A stretch of 64,000 bases of DNA from Vescimonas sp. (GCA_045637545.1 JAZTZR010000037.1:435-64434), one strand, 5' to 3'. Positions 11,616 to 21,209 are shown, counted from the first letter of the stretch. Translations and numbers: made by a program. The notes: a model not told the origin generated them from the letters alone.

Positions 11616-12599
11616 ATGACGGACAAAAAGACATTCGGTGCCTTTATCAAAAGTCGCCGCATTGAAAAGAACTATTCCCAGAAGGAATTGGCGGAGCTGT
11701 TGTTTGTGACGGAGGGCGCCATCAGTAAATGGGAACGGGGGGCGTCCTATCCCGATATCACATTGATCTCCGATATCTGCCGTGTTCTTGACATCAGCGA
11801 GCACGAGTTTTTGACCGCCTCTACCGATACGGCGACGAGAAAGATGCAGCGCGAAGCACATAAGTTTCGCACAATCCGCAGCACATGGTTCTGGATTCCC
11901 ACCATTGCCTACTCCTTGGCGCTGCTCACTTGCTTCATCTGCAATCTGGCGGTGAATCATACCCTCTCTTGGTTCTTTATCGTGCTGGCGGCACTGGTAT
12001 GTGCCTATGCCTTTATTCCGACATTTACATTGTTTTTCGAGGAGTACAAGTTTCAGGTCTTTGTTGCCAGCAGCTATCTCTCCATCTGTCTGCTTTTGTT
12101 CACCTGCGGCATATATACCAAAACTCTTTACTGGGCTCCCACCGCCTGCATCGGCGTGCTGATGGGGTATGTGGCGGTCTTTTTGCCCATTCTGATGGCA
12201 AAAACGCGATATAAGCGCTATGCGTTCCTTGCCGTATCGGTGCTGCTGTTGCTGCTGACGGTGGTGCTGTTGCTGACAGTTTCCACTGCGCTGGCACCTG
12301 CCATCGCCATTACGGTGTATAGTTTCGTGCCTCTTTTGGCCTGTGCACTGATCTGTCTGCTGCCGTGGAATGGGCTTATGAAGGGCGGCGTATGTACGCT
12401 GGTTTGTGCAGTGATGTATTACTTTGTGGGATATGTGGTCGATTTCCTGCTCCACACAAAGAGTGACCATTATTATGTGGATTTCCACAACTGGGAACAG
12501 TGTATCAACGGAAACATGCAGTTGCTGATCTTCGTGTCAGCTGCGTTGATTGGCATCGTGCTGCTGCTTATTGGTTTACGAATACGAAAGAAAGCATAA
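11616..12599 (+). CDS. XRE-family HTH regulator fused to a multi-pass membrane domain
   Basis: SQKELAELLFVTEGAISKWERGASYPD followed by about eight hydrophobic segments; TTGACT-17-TAAGAT promoter at 11566-11594. Confidence 0.85.
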   Translation: MTDKKTFGAFIKSRRIEKNYSQKELAELLFVTEGAISKWERGASYPDITLISDICRVLDISEHEFLTASTDTATRKMQREAHKFRTIRSTWFWIPTIAYSLALLTCFICNLAVNHTLSWFFIVLAALVCAYAFIPTFTLFFEEYKFQVFVASSYLSICLLLFTCGIYTKTLYWAPTACIGVLMGYVAVFLPILMAKTRYKRYAFLAVSVLLLLLTVVLLLTVSTALAPAIAITVYSFVPLLACALICLLPWNGLMKGGVCTLVCAVMYYFVGYVVDFLLHTKSDHYYVDFHNWEQCINGNMQLLIFVSAALIGIVLLLIGLRIRKKA

Positions 12600-12600
12600 G

Positions 12601-12632
12601 AAAACTCCCTCCGTATTGCACGGAGGGAGTTT
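12601..12632. terminator. Bidirectional terminator
   Basis: aaactccctccgt-attgc-acggagggagttt. Confidence 0.8.
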
Positions 12633-12637
12633 GATAT

Positions 12638-13525
12638 TTAGTTGTTTTTCACGCGGAGGGACTCCATCTTCGCTTTTACCGCGCGGCCTGTGGGAGTAGC
12701 GGCCAAGCCGCCCAGAGCCGTCTCACGGAACTCCACGGGCATACGGCGGCCTACCTCGTCCATGGCATCGATGACCTCGTCCACGGGCACCTGACTCTCG
12801 CAGCCTGCCAGCGCCATATCGGCGCAGCTGACGGCGTTCATAGCACCCACCACATTACGCTTGACGCAGGGGACTTCCACCAGACCGGCAATGGGATCGC
12901 AGACCAGACCCATCAGATTGGCCAGGTTCATAGCAACAGCGTGGCAGATCTGCTCACCGCTGCCGCCGCGAAGGGCAACCAGCGCGCCCGCTGCCATGGC
13001 AGAGGCAGAGCCGATCTCCGCCTGACAGCCGCCGGCAGCACCGGCAATAGAGGCCTTGTAGGCGATTACAGCGCCGATACCGCTGGCTACATACAGTGCC
13101 TGCAGGATTTGCTGCTGGCTTACTTCCTCGTACTTGCCAAGGGGCAGCAGCACGGCAGGAAGGACACCGCAGGCGCCTGCGGTAGGCGCAGCCACGATGC
13201 GGCGCATACAGGCATTGGATTCGCCCATGCTCAGTGCCTCGGCGATCACATCGCCGATATAGCCGCCGGAGAGGGAGTCGTGACGAAGATTGTACTGACG
13301 CATCTTCATGCCTTCTCCGCCTACAAGCCCACTGACACTGCGGCGCGTACCGGTATAGGAGTCGGCAGCATCCTGCATGGCCTGCCACACGCTGAGCATC
13401 TTGGCCATGGAGGCTTCCCGCGTCACCTGACGCTCCTCCATGTCGTCCTCCAGAACGACTTCCCAGAATGCCTTGCCGCTTTCTTTAGATTTGTCAAGGA
13501 TTTCCTGCATCGACAGTAGAGCCAT
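12638..13525 (-). CDS. sdaAA: L-serine dehydratase, Fe-S-dependent, alpha subunit
   Basis: IVAAPTAGACG, GGCQAEIG, GLVCDPIAGLVEVPCVKRN; AGGAGG before ATG 13525. Confidence 0.95.
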   Translation of the reverse strand: MALLSMQEILDKSKESGKAFWEVVLEDDMEERQVTREASMAKMLSVWQAMQDAADSYTGTRRSVSGLVGGEGMKMRQYNLRHDSLSGGYIGDVIAEALSMGESNACMRRIVAAPTAGACGVLPAVLLPLGKYEEVSQQQILQALYVASGIGAVIAYKASIAGAAGGCQAEIGSASAMAAGALVALRGGSGEQICHAVAMNLANLMGLVCDPIAGLVEVPCVKRNVVGAMNAVSCADMALAGCESQVPVDEVIDAMDEVGRRMPVEFRETALGGLAATPTGRAVKAKMESLRVKNN

Positions 13526-14192
13526 CGTTCTCATCCTCCTTGTCGTAATAGGTGATTGCCATAATACCGGGCAGTGTACCGATGAACTGTACCTGCTGGG
13601 GGGAGACATGCTGATCGGTCTCAATGATCATCAGCGATTCGCCGCCGCGCTTCTGCCGCCACATACTCATATTGGCAATATTGATGTGGAACTGGTTGAG
13701 AATGGTGGTCACAGCCGCCTCAGAGGAGAAGTAGTCCAGATTACGGATCACCAGCGTATTGTAGTCGCCGCTGAAATCCACGGCAATACCGTCGATCTTA
13801 TTGACCTTAATGCGGCCGCCGCCGAGACTGGAGGCCTGAATCTCCAAGCGCTTTCCATCTTTATCATAGACGCAGATCATGGCGGTGTTGGGGTGAGCAT
13901 CCCGCAGCTCGCGGGTATCGAAGTGGAACTCGAAGCCTTGCTCCTTTGCCACATCAAAGGAAATGGGAATGCGGAGATCATCGGGCTTCATACCCAAAAG
14001 ACCCGCCACCAGCGCCTTGTCCGTGCCGTGGCCCATGCCCGTCTCGGCAAAAGAGCCGTGGAGATGGATGTTGGCGCGTACAGGCTCTGTGCCCAACAGC
14101 GTACGGGCCATGAGGCCAATGCGCACAGCACCCGCCGTATGGGAAGAGGAAGGGCCGACCATCACTGGCCCGAGAATATCAAAGATGTCCAT
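13494..14192 (-). CDS. sdaAB: L-serine dehydratase beta subunit (with ACT domain)
   Basis: FDILGPVMVGPSSSHTAGA, GHGTDKA, HPNT, SLGGG. Confidence 0.95.
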   Translation of the reverse strand: MDIFDILGPVMVGPSSSHTAGAVRIGLMARTLLGTEPVRANIHLHGSFAETGMGHGTDKALVAGLLGMKPDDLRIPISFDVAKEQGFEFHFDTRELRDAHPNTAMICVYDKDGKRLEIQASSLGGGRIKVNKIDGIAVDFSGDYNTLVIRNLDYFSSEAAVTTILNQFHINIANMSMWRQKRGGESLMIIETDQHVSPQQVQFIGTLPGIMAITYYDKEDENDGSTVDAGNP

Positions 14193-14345
14193 AGATGCTC
14201 TCTCCTTGGAAAAGGAATTCATTGCGGTTCATTGTATCACATTCGATTGGAAAAGGGAAGAGGGCCAGTCGGGAAAAAGATGTAAAGAGTCCATAAAGAA
14301 GCACCTCCCATTTGCCGCAGCAAAAGGGAGGTGATGTTATCTGTA

Positions 14346-15062
14346 TTATGCGCAATAGAAACGGATGGCGGTATTGATAAACTCAGCCGTGCCCTCGCCG
14401 TGCTTATCGATATTATTTTTGAACCTCTCGTCAGCTATATACATCTGCCCAAGCCCTGCGAGGATCTCCTTGGTGCAGGTGTAGAAATTGGTGCTGATAT
14501 AGTCCTGTAATTCCTTTACCAACTGTTGTGCCTCATGGGAATCGGGCTGCTTGCCAGCCGTCATGCAATCGGCAAAAGCGGCGAGAACGGTGTTCATACC
14601 TGCAAACAGGTCGGTCGCATTCTTGCCTGTGACCTTTTCAGTATATTCGGCGTAGGCGGCAGTATCGCCCCAGCGCGCTTTGGCTTCCTCTTTGTAGGAT
14701 TCGATCTCTCTGTTATCAAATATAATCATGACATTTTCTCCTTTCACGGCACTGTCAATAGCGGAGATCAGTCGCTCCAACCGTTCTTTTTTGAGTGTGA
14801 GTAGCTGCTTTTGCTCCTGCAGTGCCTTGTTTTTCTCATAATGTGGGGAGGATAAAATATCACCAATGCGATTTAAGGAAAAGTCAAGCTCACGGTAGAA
14901 GAGGATCTCCTGCATACGAAGGAAGGAGTTTTCGTCGTAAAAACGATAGCCTGTGGAATGATCAACGGCCGCGGGTTTCAATAGTCCAATTTCATCGTAA
15001 TAATGCAGCGTGCGGACACTGACGCCGGTGAAATCGGCAAACTCCTTGATTTGCATTTTCAT
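14346..15062 (-). CDS. MerR-family regulator, TipA/Mta type (C-terminal TipAS domain)
   Basis: GVSVRTLHYYDEIGLL, YKEEAKARWG, GLGQMYIADERF. Confidence 0.9.
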   Translation of the reverse strand: MKMQIKEFADFTGVSVRTLHYYDEIGLLKPAAVDHSTGYRFYDENSFLRMQEILFYRELDFSLNRIGDILSSPHYEKNKALQEQKQLLTLKKERLERLISAIDSAVKGENVMIIFDNREIESYKEEAKARWGDTAAYAEYTEKVTGKNATDLFAGMNTVLAAFADCMTAGKQPDSHEAQQLVKELQDYISTNFYTCTKEILAGLGQMYIADERFKNNIDKHGEGTAEFINTAIRFYCA

Positions 15063-15082
15063 TTTATCACCTCACAAAAGGA

Positions 15083-15113
15083 AGAATACACTATAACGCA
15101 GCGTGAGAGTCAA
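15083..15113 (-). promoter_or_regulatory. MerR-type autoregulated promoter (19-bp spacer with operator dyad)
   Basis: Minus strand TTGACT-CTCACGCTGCGTTATAGTG(19 bp)-TATTCT; the spacer resembles Mta/TipA operators. Confidence 0.75.
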
Positions 15114-15194
15114 GAGGAAAATCTTCCAATTATCCTTTGGATTGATTTGGGCAATAAATAACTTCACTTCGTCGAAGTGAAGGGGGAGGTATGT

Positions 15195-15737
15195 TCATGG
15201 GCCACAACTGTTCGATAAATTGGAATAGGATTGCTTAGGGCCATTATCTGTAATAATATAAAACCCTTCTTGAATTGCAGAAAGTGTTGCAATGGAGCAT
15301 ACAGCTATGGCAGTGTAAGTCAATTCAAAAAAAGATAATGTCAAAGGTAATAAAAACAGAAGGAGGCCTGTTACTTTGTTCATAGTCGTATGCAAAGATA
15401 GAAACTGTTTTTTAGAAACATATCCCCATATAATGTTGTTGATTTTGATAACCGCAATCACACCGCCCCATATCCACAACCATTTTGGAATGTGGATTGC
15501 CGGCAGCAACTTAAACAAAGAAACCGCTACAAAAATAAGGTCGGCAATCGTGTCCAGTTGGCTTCCAAACTTGCTGGTACTGTTTGTTTTTCTGGCGATT
15601 GTTCCATCTATCATGTCTGTAATTCCGCAAAGCAGATATAGAATATAAAAAGTGACGGAATACACAGGGCAGGGCAACAGACAAATACTGCCTAAAATTC
15701 TGCTGATGGTTATTGTGTTTGCGATCTGCTTTCTCAT
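15195..15737 (-). CDS. CDP-alcohol phosphatidyltransferase family protein (AT-rich islet)
   Basis: ANTITISR, TDMIDGTIARKTNSTSKFGSQLDTIAD = DGxxAR...GxxxDxxxD signature. Confidence 0.88.
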   Translation of the reverse strand: MRKQIANTITISRILGSICLLPCPVYSVTFYILYLLCGITDMIDGTIARKTNSTSKFGSQLDTIADLIFVAVSLFKLLPAIHIPKWLWIWGGVIAVIKINNIIWGYVSKKQFLSLHTTMNKVTGLLLFLLPLTLSFFELTYTAIAVCSIATLSAIQEGFYIITDNGPKQSYSNLSNSCGP

Positions 15738-15870
15738 TCATTTACCTACATATTCTTAGTTATCATTGGTTTTACTCTATCATATTTTACTGCTCATATC
15801 AATGCTTGGTGAAATTGTCAGAGCTTTCCGCAAACACAATTAGGGTAAAAGGGAGAGAAAAATCCATCTC

Positions 15871-15899
15871 TTGACATTTGCCTCTAAATATAGTACACT
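15871..15899 (+). promoter_or_regulatory. SigA promoter of the valS leader
   Basis: TTGACA-17 bp-TACACT. Confidence 0.7.
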
Positions 15900-15917
15900 C
15901 TATCACGATATTGTACA

Positions 15918-16172
15918 AGCGATGAAGGGAAGCAGTAAGCAGCTTAAGCGGATGCCGAGAGAGGGAACGGTTGGTGTAAGTTCCCGTGAAGCCCTGCCCA
16001 AGTCGTCCCGGAGCTTTCGGCTGAACGAATTAGTAGGCTGCAACGGCTTGCCCACCGTTATCGGGGCGCGATGTAATAGCATCGGATGAGTGCGGGAAAT
16101 TTCCCGAATACAGGTGGTACCACGGACACAAGTTCGCCCTGTTTTGCTGCGGCAAAACAAGGCGATTTTTTG
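15918..16172 (+). promoter_or_regulatory. T-box riboswitch (Val, specifier GUC)
   Basis: GATGAAGGGAAGCAGTA stem I start, AGAGAG/GGTG loops, aaGTCgtcccggag specifier, AGGTGGTACCACGG T-box, terminator cgccctgttttgc/gcaaaacaaggcg + T-tract. Confidence 0.92.
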
Positions 16173-16206
16173 TTTTGCCAATATCTCAAGTAAGGAGAAA
16201 AGAACC

Positions 16207-18837
16207 ATGAAAGAATTACCGAAAGTGTATGATCCCCGGCAGGTGGAGAGCAGCATCTATCAGATGTGGATGGATAACAACTGCTTCCGCGCTGAGCCCA
16301 ATCCCGATAAAGAACCCTTCTGCATCGTGATGCCCCCGCCCAATGTGACGGGCCAGCTGCACATGGGTCACGCCATGGACTGCACGCTGCAGGACATCCT
16401 GATCCGCTATAAGCGTATGCAGGGCTTTGAGTCTCTGTGGCTGCCCGGCAGCGACCACGCAGGTATCGCCACCCAGATCAAGGTGGAAGAGGAGCTGCGC
16501 AACACCGAGGGCCTGACCCGCCATGATCTGGGCCGCGAGAAGTTCCTCGAGCGCGTCTGGGCATGGAAAGAGAAGTATGGCAGCCGTATTGTCGAGCAGC
16601 AGAAGAAGATGGGCGCCTCCTGCGACTGGAGCCGCGACCGCTTCACCATGGACGAGGGCTGCTCCCGCGCCGTCCGCGAGACCTTCTGCGAACTGTATGA
16701 GAAGGGTCTCATCTACAAGGGTAGCCGCATCATCAACTGGTGCCCCCACTGCCTGACCGCTCTGTCCGACGCTGAGGTGGAGTACACCGAGAAGCCCGGC
16801 AATCTGTGGCATGTCCGTTATCCTCTGGCTGATGGCAGCGGCGATATCGTGGTGGCCACCACCCGTCCCGAGACCATGATGGGCGATACCGGTGTTGCCG
16901 TGAACCCCGAGGATGAGAAGTTCAAGCACCTCATCGGCAAGAAGTGCATCCTGCCCATCATGAACCGCGAGATCCCCATCGTGGGCGACGATTACTGCGA
17001 GATCGGTTTTGGTACCGGCGCCGTGAAGATGACCCCTGCTCATGATCCCAACGACTTCGAGGTGGGTCTGCGCCACAATCTGGAGGTCATCCGCTGCATC
17101 GCCGATGACGGCACCATCAATGAGAACGGCGGCAAGTACAACGGCATGGATCGCTACGAGTGCCGCAAGGCCATCGTGGCCGATCTGGAGGCCGAGGGCT
17201 ATCTGGTGAAGGCTGAGCCCTACAGCCACAATGTGGGTACCTGCTACCCCTGCCACAACGATGTGGAGCCTCTGATCTCCGCTCAGTGGTTCGTGAAGAT
17301 GCAGCCTTTGGCCGAGGAGGCCATCCGCGTTGTGAAGGACGATACCGTCAAGTTCGTCCCCGAGCGCTTTACCAAGACCTATATCAACTGGATGGAAAAT
17401 GTCCACGACTGGTGCATCTCTCGTCAGCTGTGGTGGGGTCATCAGATCCCCGCATGGTACTGCGATGAGTGCGGCCACATCAATGTGGATCGCGAAGATC
17501 CCACCAAGTGCGCCAAGTGCGGCAGCACCAGCCTGACCCGTGAAGAGGATGTGCTGGACACCTGGTTCAGCTCTGCTCTGTGGCCCTTCTCCACCTTGGG
17601 CTGGCCCGACCTGGACGCCAAGGATCTGAACTACTGGTATCCCACCTCTGTACTGGTCACCGGCTATGACATTATTTTCTTCTGGGTTGCCCGCATGATC
17701 TTCTCCGGTATGGAGCAGATGAAGAAGGAACCCTTCAAGACCGTGCTGATCCACGGCCTTGTCCGCGACGACAAGGGCCGCAAGATGTCCAAGTCTCTGG
17801 GTAACGGTATCGATCCTCTGGAGATGGCTGAGCAGTACGGTGCCGATGCCCTGCGCTTCAATCTCATCACCGGCAACAGCCCCGGTAACGATATGCGTTT
17901 CTTTGTGGAGAGGGGCGAGGCAATGCGTAACTTCGCCAACAAGATCTGGAACGCCTCCCGTTTCGTGATGATGAACCTCACCATCGATAAGGTGGAGCTG
18001 CCTGAGAAGCTGGAGCTGGAGGATAAGTGGGTGCTGTCCAAGCTGAACACCCTGATCCGCGAGGTCACCGAGAACATGGACGCTTTCGAGCTGGGCATCG
18101 CCTCTGCCAAGGTCTATGACTTCATCTGGGACACCTATTGTGACTGGTATATTGAGCTGACCAAGACCCGTCTCAACGGCGAGGATGCTGAGGGTAAGAA
18201 GGCTGCTGAGAATGTGCTGTGCTATGTGCTGCTGCGCGTGCTGGAGCTGATGCATCCCTTTATGCCTTTCATCACGGAGGAGATCTGGCAGGCCCTGCCT
18301 CACGAGGGTGATTTCCTCATCACCGCAAATTGGCCCCAGTACGACGAGAAGTTCGCATTCCCCGAGGCTGAGGCTGATATGGAGTGCGTGAAGGATGCCA
18401 TTACCGCCGTCCGTGCCCGCCGCAACGAGATGAATGTGCCTCCTTCCAAGAAGGCACAGATGATCATCGTCACTGATCGCGGCGCTACCTATGAGGTGGG
18501 CAGCCACTTCATCATGCGTCTGGCCTACGCCAGTGAGGTGACTGTCACTAATGAGGCTCCCGCTGATCTGACGGGTATGGTGGCTGTGGCTACCCACGAT
18601 GCCACCATCTATCTGCCTCTGGCCGAGCTGGTGGATATCGCTGCCGAGCTGGACCGTATCGCCAAGGAGCGCGCCAAGGCGGAGGACAACCTGCGTCGCA
18701 TTGAGGCAAAGCTCAGCAACGAGTCCTTTACCTCCCGTGCACCCGAGGCCGTGGTCAACGCCGAGCGTGAGAAGGCTGACAAGGCTCGCGCCCTCATCGC
18801 CAAGCTGGACGAGTCCGCTGCCGCCATGCAGTTCTGA
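16207..18837 (+). CDS. valS: Valine--tRNA ligase
   Basis: PPPNVTGQLHMGH, WCISRQLWWGH, KMSKS; C-terminal coiled coil. Confidence 0.97.
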   Translation: MKELPKVYDPRQVESSIYQMWMDNNCFRAEPNPDKEPFCIVMPPPNVTGQLHMGHAMDCTLQDILIRYKRMQGFESLWLPGSDHAGIATQIKVEEELRNTEGLTRHDLGREKFLERVWAWKEKYGSRIVEQQKKMGASCDWSRDRFTMDEGCSRAVRETFCELYEKGLIYKGSRIINWCPHCLTALSDAEVEYTEKPGNLWHVRYPLADGSGDIVVATTRPETMMGDTGVAVNPEDEKFKHLIGKKCILPIMNREIPIVGDDYCEIGFGTGAVKMTPAHDPNDFEVGLRHNLEVIRCIADDGTINENGGKYNGMDRYECRKAIVADLEAEGYLVKAEPYSHNVGTCYPCHNDVEPLISAQWFVKMQPLAEEAIRVVKDDTVKFVPERFTKTYINWMENVHDWCISRQLWWGHQIPAWYCDECGHINVDREDPTKCAKCGSTSLTREEDVLDTWFSSALWPFSTLGWPDLDAKDLNYWYPTSVLVTGYDIIFFWVARMIFSGMEQMKKEPFKTVLIHGLVRDDKGRKMSKSLGNGIDPLEMAEQYGADALRFNLITGNSPGNDMRFFVERGEAMRNFANKIWNASRFVMMNLTIDKVELPEKLELEDKWVLSKLNTLIREVTENMDAFELGIASAKVYDFIWDTYCDWYIELTKTRLNGEDAEGKKAAENVLCYVLLRVLELMHPFMPFITEEIWQALPHEGDFLITANWPQYDEKFAFPEAEADMECVKDAITAVRARRNEMNVPPSKKAQMIIVTDRGATYEVGSHFIMRLAYASEVTVTNEAPADLTGMVAVATHDATIYLPLAELVDIAAELDRIAKERAKAEDNLRRIEAKLSNESFTSRAPEAVVNAEREKADKARALIAKLDESAAAMQF

Positions 18838-18886
18838 TTTTCCAACTGCTGCGACAGACTTCGCGGAGTTCCGCATCTGAAAAGAA

Positions 18887-18927
18887 TTATAATCACCGTA
18901 GAGATTTCTCTGCGGTGATTATTTTTT
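18887..18927 (+). terminator. valS terminator
   Basis: ataatcaccgtagag-attt-ctctgcggtgattat + T-tract. Confidence 0.85.
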
Positions 18928-18981
18928 GCAAAAAAAAGACATGCCCGCAGAGCATGCCTATACCTACGAAAAGGAGTCATT

Positions 18982-19290
18982 ATGATGGAAGTGATCGCAA
19001 CGAGCCGTGACCGCGCCTTGGAATTGAAGCTAAAAGGGGAACTGGATCATCACGGTGCCTGCGGATTATTGTCAAAATTGGAGCGTGAGATCGACGCCGT
19101 ATTGCCAACAGAGCTAGTGATGGATTTTCATGGCGTTACCTTTATGGACAGCGCAGGGATTGCCGTGGCACTGCGTGGATGGCAGCGGATGCGGGAGATG
19201 GGAGGAAGCGTGATTTTGCGTGGTGTATCAGCCCAGGCACGAAAGGTGTTGGAGACTGCCGGTGTGGGGCGAATGATGAGTATTGAGTGA
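18982..19290 (+). CDS. spoIIAA: Anti-sigma F factor antagonist (STAS)
   Basis: GELDHH, FMDSAG; first gene of the spoIIA operon. Confidence 0.9.
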   Translation: MMEVIATSRDRALELKLKGELDHHGACGLLSKLEREIDAVLPTELVMDFHGVTFMDSAGIAVALRGWQRMREMGGSVILRGVSAQARKVLETAGVGRMMSIE

Positions 19291-19315
19291 ATCCATCGAT
19301 AAGGAGGGTATACAT

Positions 19316-19753
19316 ATGCAGCGCACTGAAAATTATATGGTGTTGGAATTTTTGAGCCGCAGCAGCAACGAGGGCTTTGCCCGCAGTGCCGTGGCGGCTT
19401 TTGCCGCGCAATTGGATCCCACGCTGGATGAGCTGGGGGATATCAAGACCGCCGTCAGTGAGGCGGTTACCAATGCCATCGTCCATGGCTATCCCGACAA
19501 ACTGGGGAAAATTGTTTTGAAGGTTCGCATTCTGGAGAAGAATACGATGGAGTTGAGTGTCCGCGATTGGGGGCGTGGTATTGAGAACATTGAAAAGGCC
19601 CGTGAGCCCCTCTATACCACAGGTGGCGCGGAGCGCAGCGGCATGGGTTTTACCATTATGGAGAGCTTTACCGACCGTATGCGTGTTAAATCTGAAGTAG
19701 GCCGTGGTACTACCGTGGTGATGCAGAAGCGTATTGCACCCCGCCTGCGATGA
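19316..19753 (+). CDS. spoIIAB: Anti-sigma F factor
   Basis: KTAVSEAVTNAIVHGY, ERSGMGFTIME. Confidence 0.95.
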   Translation: MQRTENYMVLEFLSRSSNEGFARSAVAAFAAQLDPTLDELGDIKTAVSEAVTNAIVHGYPDKLGKIVLKVRILEKNTMELSVRDWGRGIENIEKAREPLYTTGGAERSGMGFTIMESFTDRMRVKSEVGRGTTVVMQKRIAPRLR

Positions 19754-20454
19754 ACGAGCGGTTGGCATTATTGGAGCGGGCGCAGGATGGAGATGAGGCG
19801 GCAACCAGCCAAATGCTGGAGGAGAACAGCGGGCTTATCTGGTCTATTGTGCGGCGCTACTACGGCTGCGGTGTGGAGAGTGAAGACCTTTATCAGTTGG
19901 GATGCATTGGATTTATCAAGGCTGTAAAGGGATTTGACTTTGCATATGGAACGCAGTTCTCTACCTACGCTGTTCCGAAGATCGCAGGAGAAATCAGACG
20001 CTTTTTGCGGGATGATGGAGCTATTAAGGTGGGGAGAACCATCAAGGAAAAGGGGCAGCTCCTGTGGTCCACTCGTGAGAAGCTTCGTCAGCAGTTGGGG
20101 AGAGATGCACGCCTGTCGGAACTGGCAGAAGAAACAGGCATCAGCGTGGAGGAGATCGCCACCATCGACCTGGCCACCATCGCACCGGAATCTCTGCAAC
20201 AGGAGACAGCAGAGGGATTGACGCTGGAGTCAACTTTGGGAAACGACGGGGAAGAGGAGCGGTTGGTGGAAAAACTGGCTTTGCGTCAAGCCATCGATAC
20301 ACTGCCGGAAAAGGAGCGAATGACCATTCTGCTGCGGTTTTTCAAGGCTCTTACCCAACAACAGACGGCAAAGATCCTGGGAGTGTCTCAGGTGCAGATA
20401 TCGCGCCTTGAACGAAGGGGCCTTTCAAAACTACGGATTCTTCTGGAGGAGTAG
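19750..20454 (+). CDS. sigF: Sporulation sigma factor F
   Basis: DLYQLGCIG, FSTYAVPKIAGEIRRFLRDDG, GVSQVQISRLE; follows spoIIAB. Confidence 0.9.
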   Translation: MNERLALLERAQDGDEAATSQMLEENSGLIWSIVRRYYGCGVESEDLYQLGCIGFIKAVKGFDFAYGTQFSTYAVPKIAGEIRRFLRDDGAIKVGRTIKEKGQLLWSTREKLRQQLGRDARLSELAEETGISVEEIATIDLATIAPESLQQETAEGLTLESTLGNDGEEERLVEKLALRQAIDTLPEKERMTILLRFFKALTQQQTAKILGVSQVQISRLERRGLSKLRILLEE

Positions 20455-21205
20455 TGGTAGTCTCATCCGAAAGAAATTCCGTCATCGTGCCGCGGTAGCG
20501 TTTGGGAAGAAAGGTGTTTTGACAGCGGGGATTGTGCCGCTCTTCAATAGAAATTGTATTGAAAAAGCGCCTCCACAGCATACGGAAATGTACTTCCTCC
20601 TCGCCGGGCAACGCCAATTGCAAACTGTCTACCTGCAAAATACGGGAATGCCCTTTGATGTAAACCAGTAGTTCCTTGTGAGTGCGGTCATAGATGAAAA
20701 AGGATTCCTCGGCGTAGCGGGCGCAGAAGTGATAGCGGAGAAGAGGCAAAACGCGGTTTTTCGGTTCAATCTCCGCACCCAGTACGCCGCTATAATCCGA
20801 AAAACGAACAAAACCACGCAGTTTTTCAAGCTCTCCGTTCAAATGTCGCAGAGCGCAGGCGATGGGGTGATATACCTCGTCGGCAGGATTGTGGATAAAG
20901 GATGCACCGTCCTGATAAAGTTTGCGGATGAACGCGTAGAGATGCTGCTCTTTATCTGCAAGACAGGTGAGAAAACCGCGCCGAACAATATCGGCAGCGG
21001 CTTTGGACCGGTTTTTGATGCTCTTATCAATGCGCTGTGATTTTTCTTTGTCTGTGGCCACAAAACGAACTTCATAGAGCGTGCAACAATCCTCATCGCC
21101 GTAAAAGGCGATGGGGAATTCTTTATGCACATAGCTATCGAACACGCAGCAGAGAAAACCCTCAAAGGTGCCATCATATTGAAAAACGACATCACGCCAT
21201 GCCAT
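20351..21205 (-). CDS. TIGR03915-family putative DNA repair protein (DUF4130)
   Basis: YDGTFEGFLCCVF, KLRGFVRFS, IEPKNRVLP, FFIYDRTH, RHNPRCQ; downstream of the radical SAM partner. Confidence 0.85.
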   Translation of the reverse strand: MAWRDVVFQYDGTFEGFLCCVFDSYVHKEFPIAFYGDEDCCTLYEVRFVATDKEKSQRIDKSIKNRSKAAADIVRRGFLTCLADKEQHLYAFIRKLYQDGASFIHNPADEVYHPIACALRHLNGELEKLRGFVRFSDYSGVLGAEIEPKNRVLPLLRYHFCARYAEESFFIYDRTHKELLVYIKGHSRILQVDSLQLALPGEEEVHFRMLWRRFFNTISIEERHNPRCQNTFLPKRYRGTMTEFLSDETTTTPPEESVVLKGPFVQGAISAPETLPGSLPSVVG

Positions 21206-21209
21206 GTGC

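Noticed and set aside
17241-17920. ValS substitutions (CYPC, FFVERGEA) at usually conserved-looking positions
   Set aside because: Isolated point differences or base-call errors; the frame and catalytic motifs are intact.
16216-18876. 886-aa antisense ORF over valS (similar long antisense ORFs lie over dnaE, glnA, gltX, tyrS and dxs)
   Set aside because: Shadow frames produced by strong codon bias on the coding strand; no RBS or recognisable motifs.
19141-19160. SpoIIAA DSAG instead of the usual DSSG
   Set aside because: The phosphorylatable first Ser is retained; ordinary variation.
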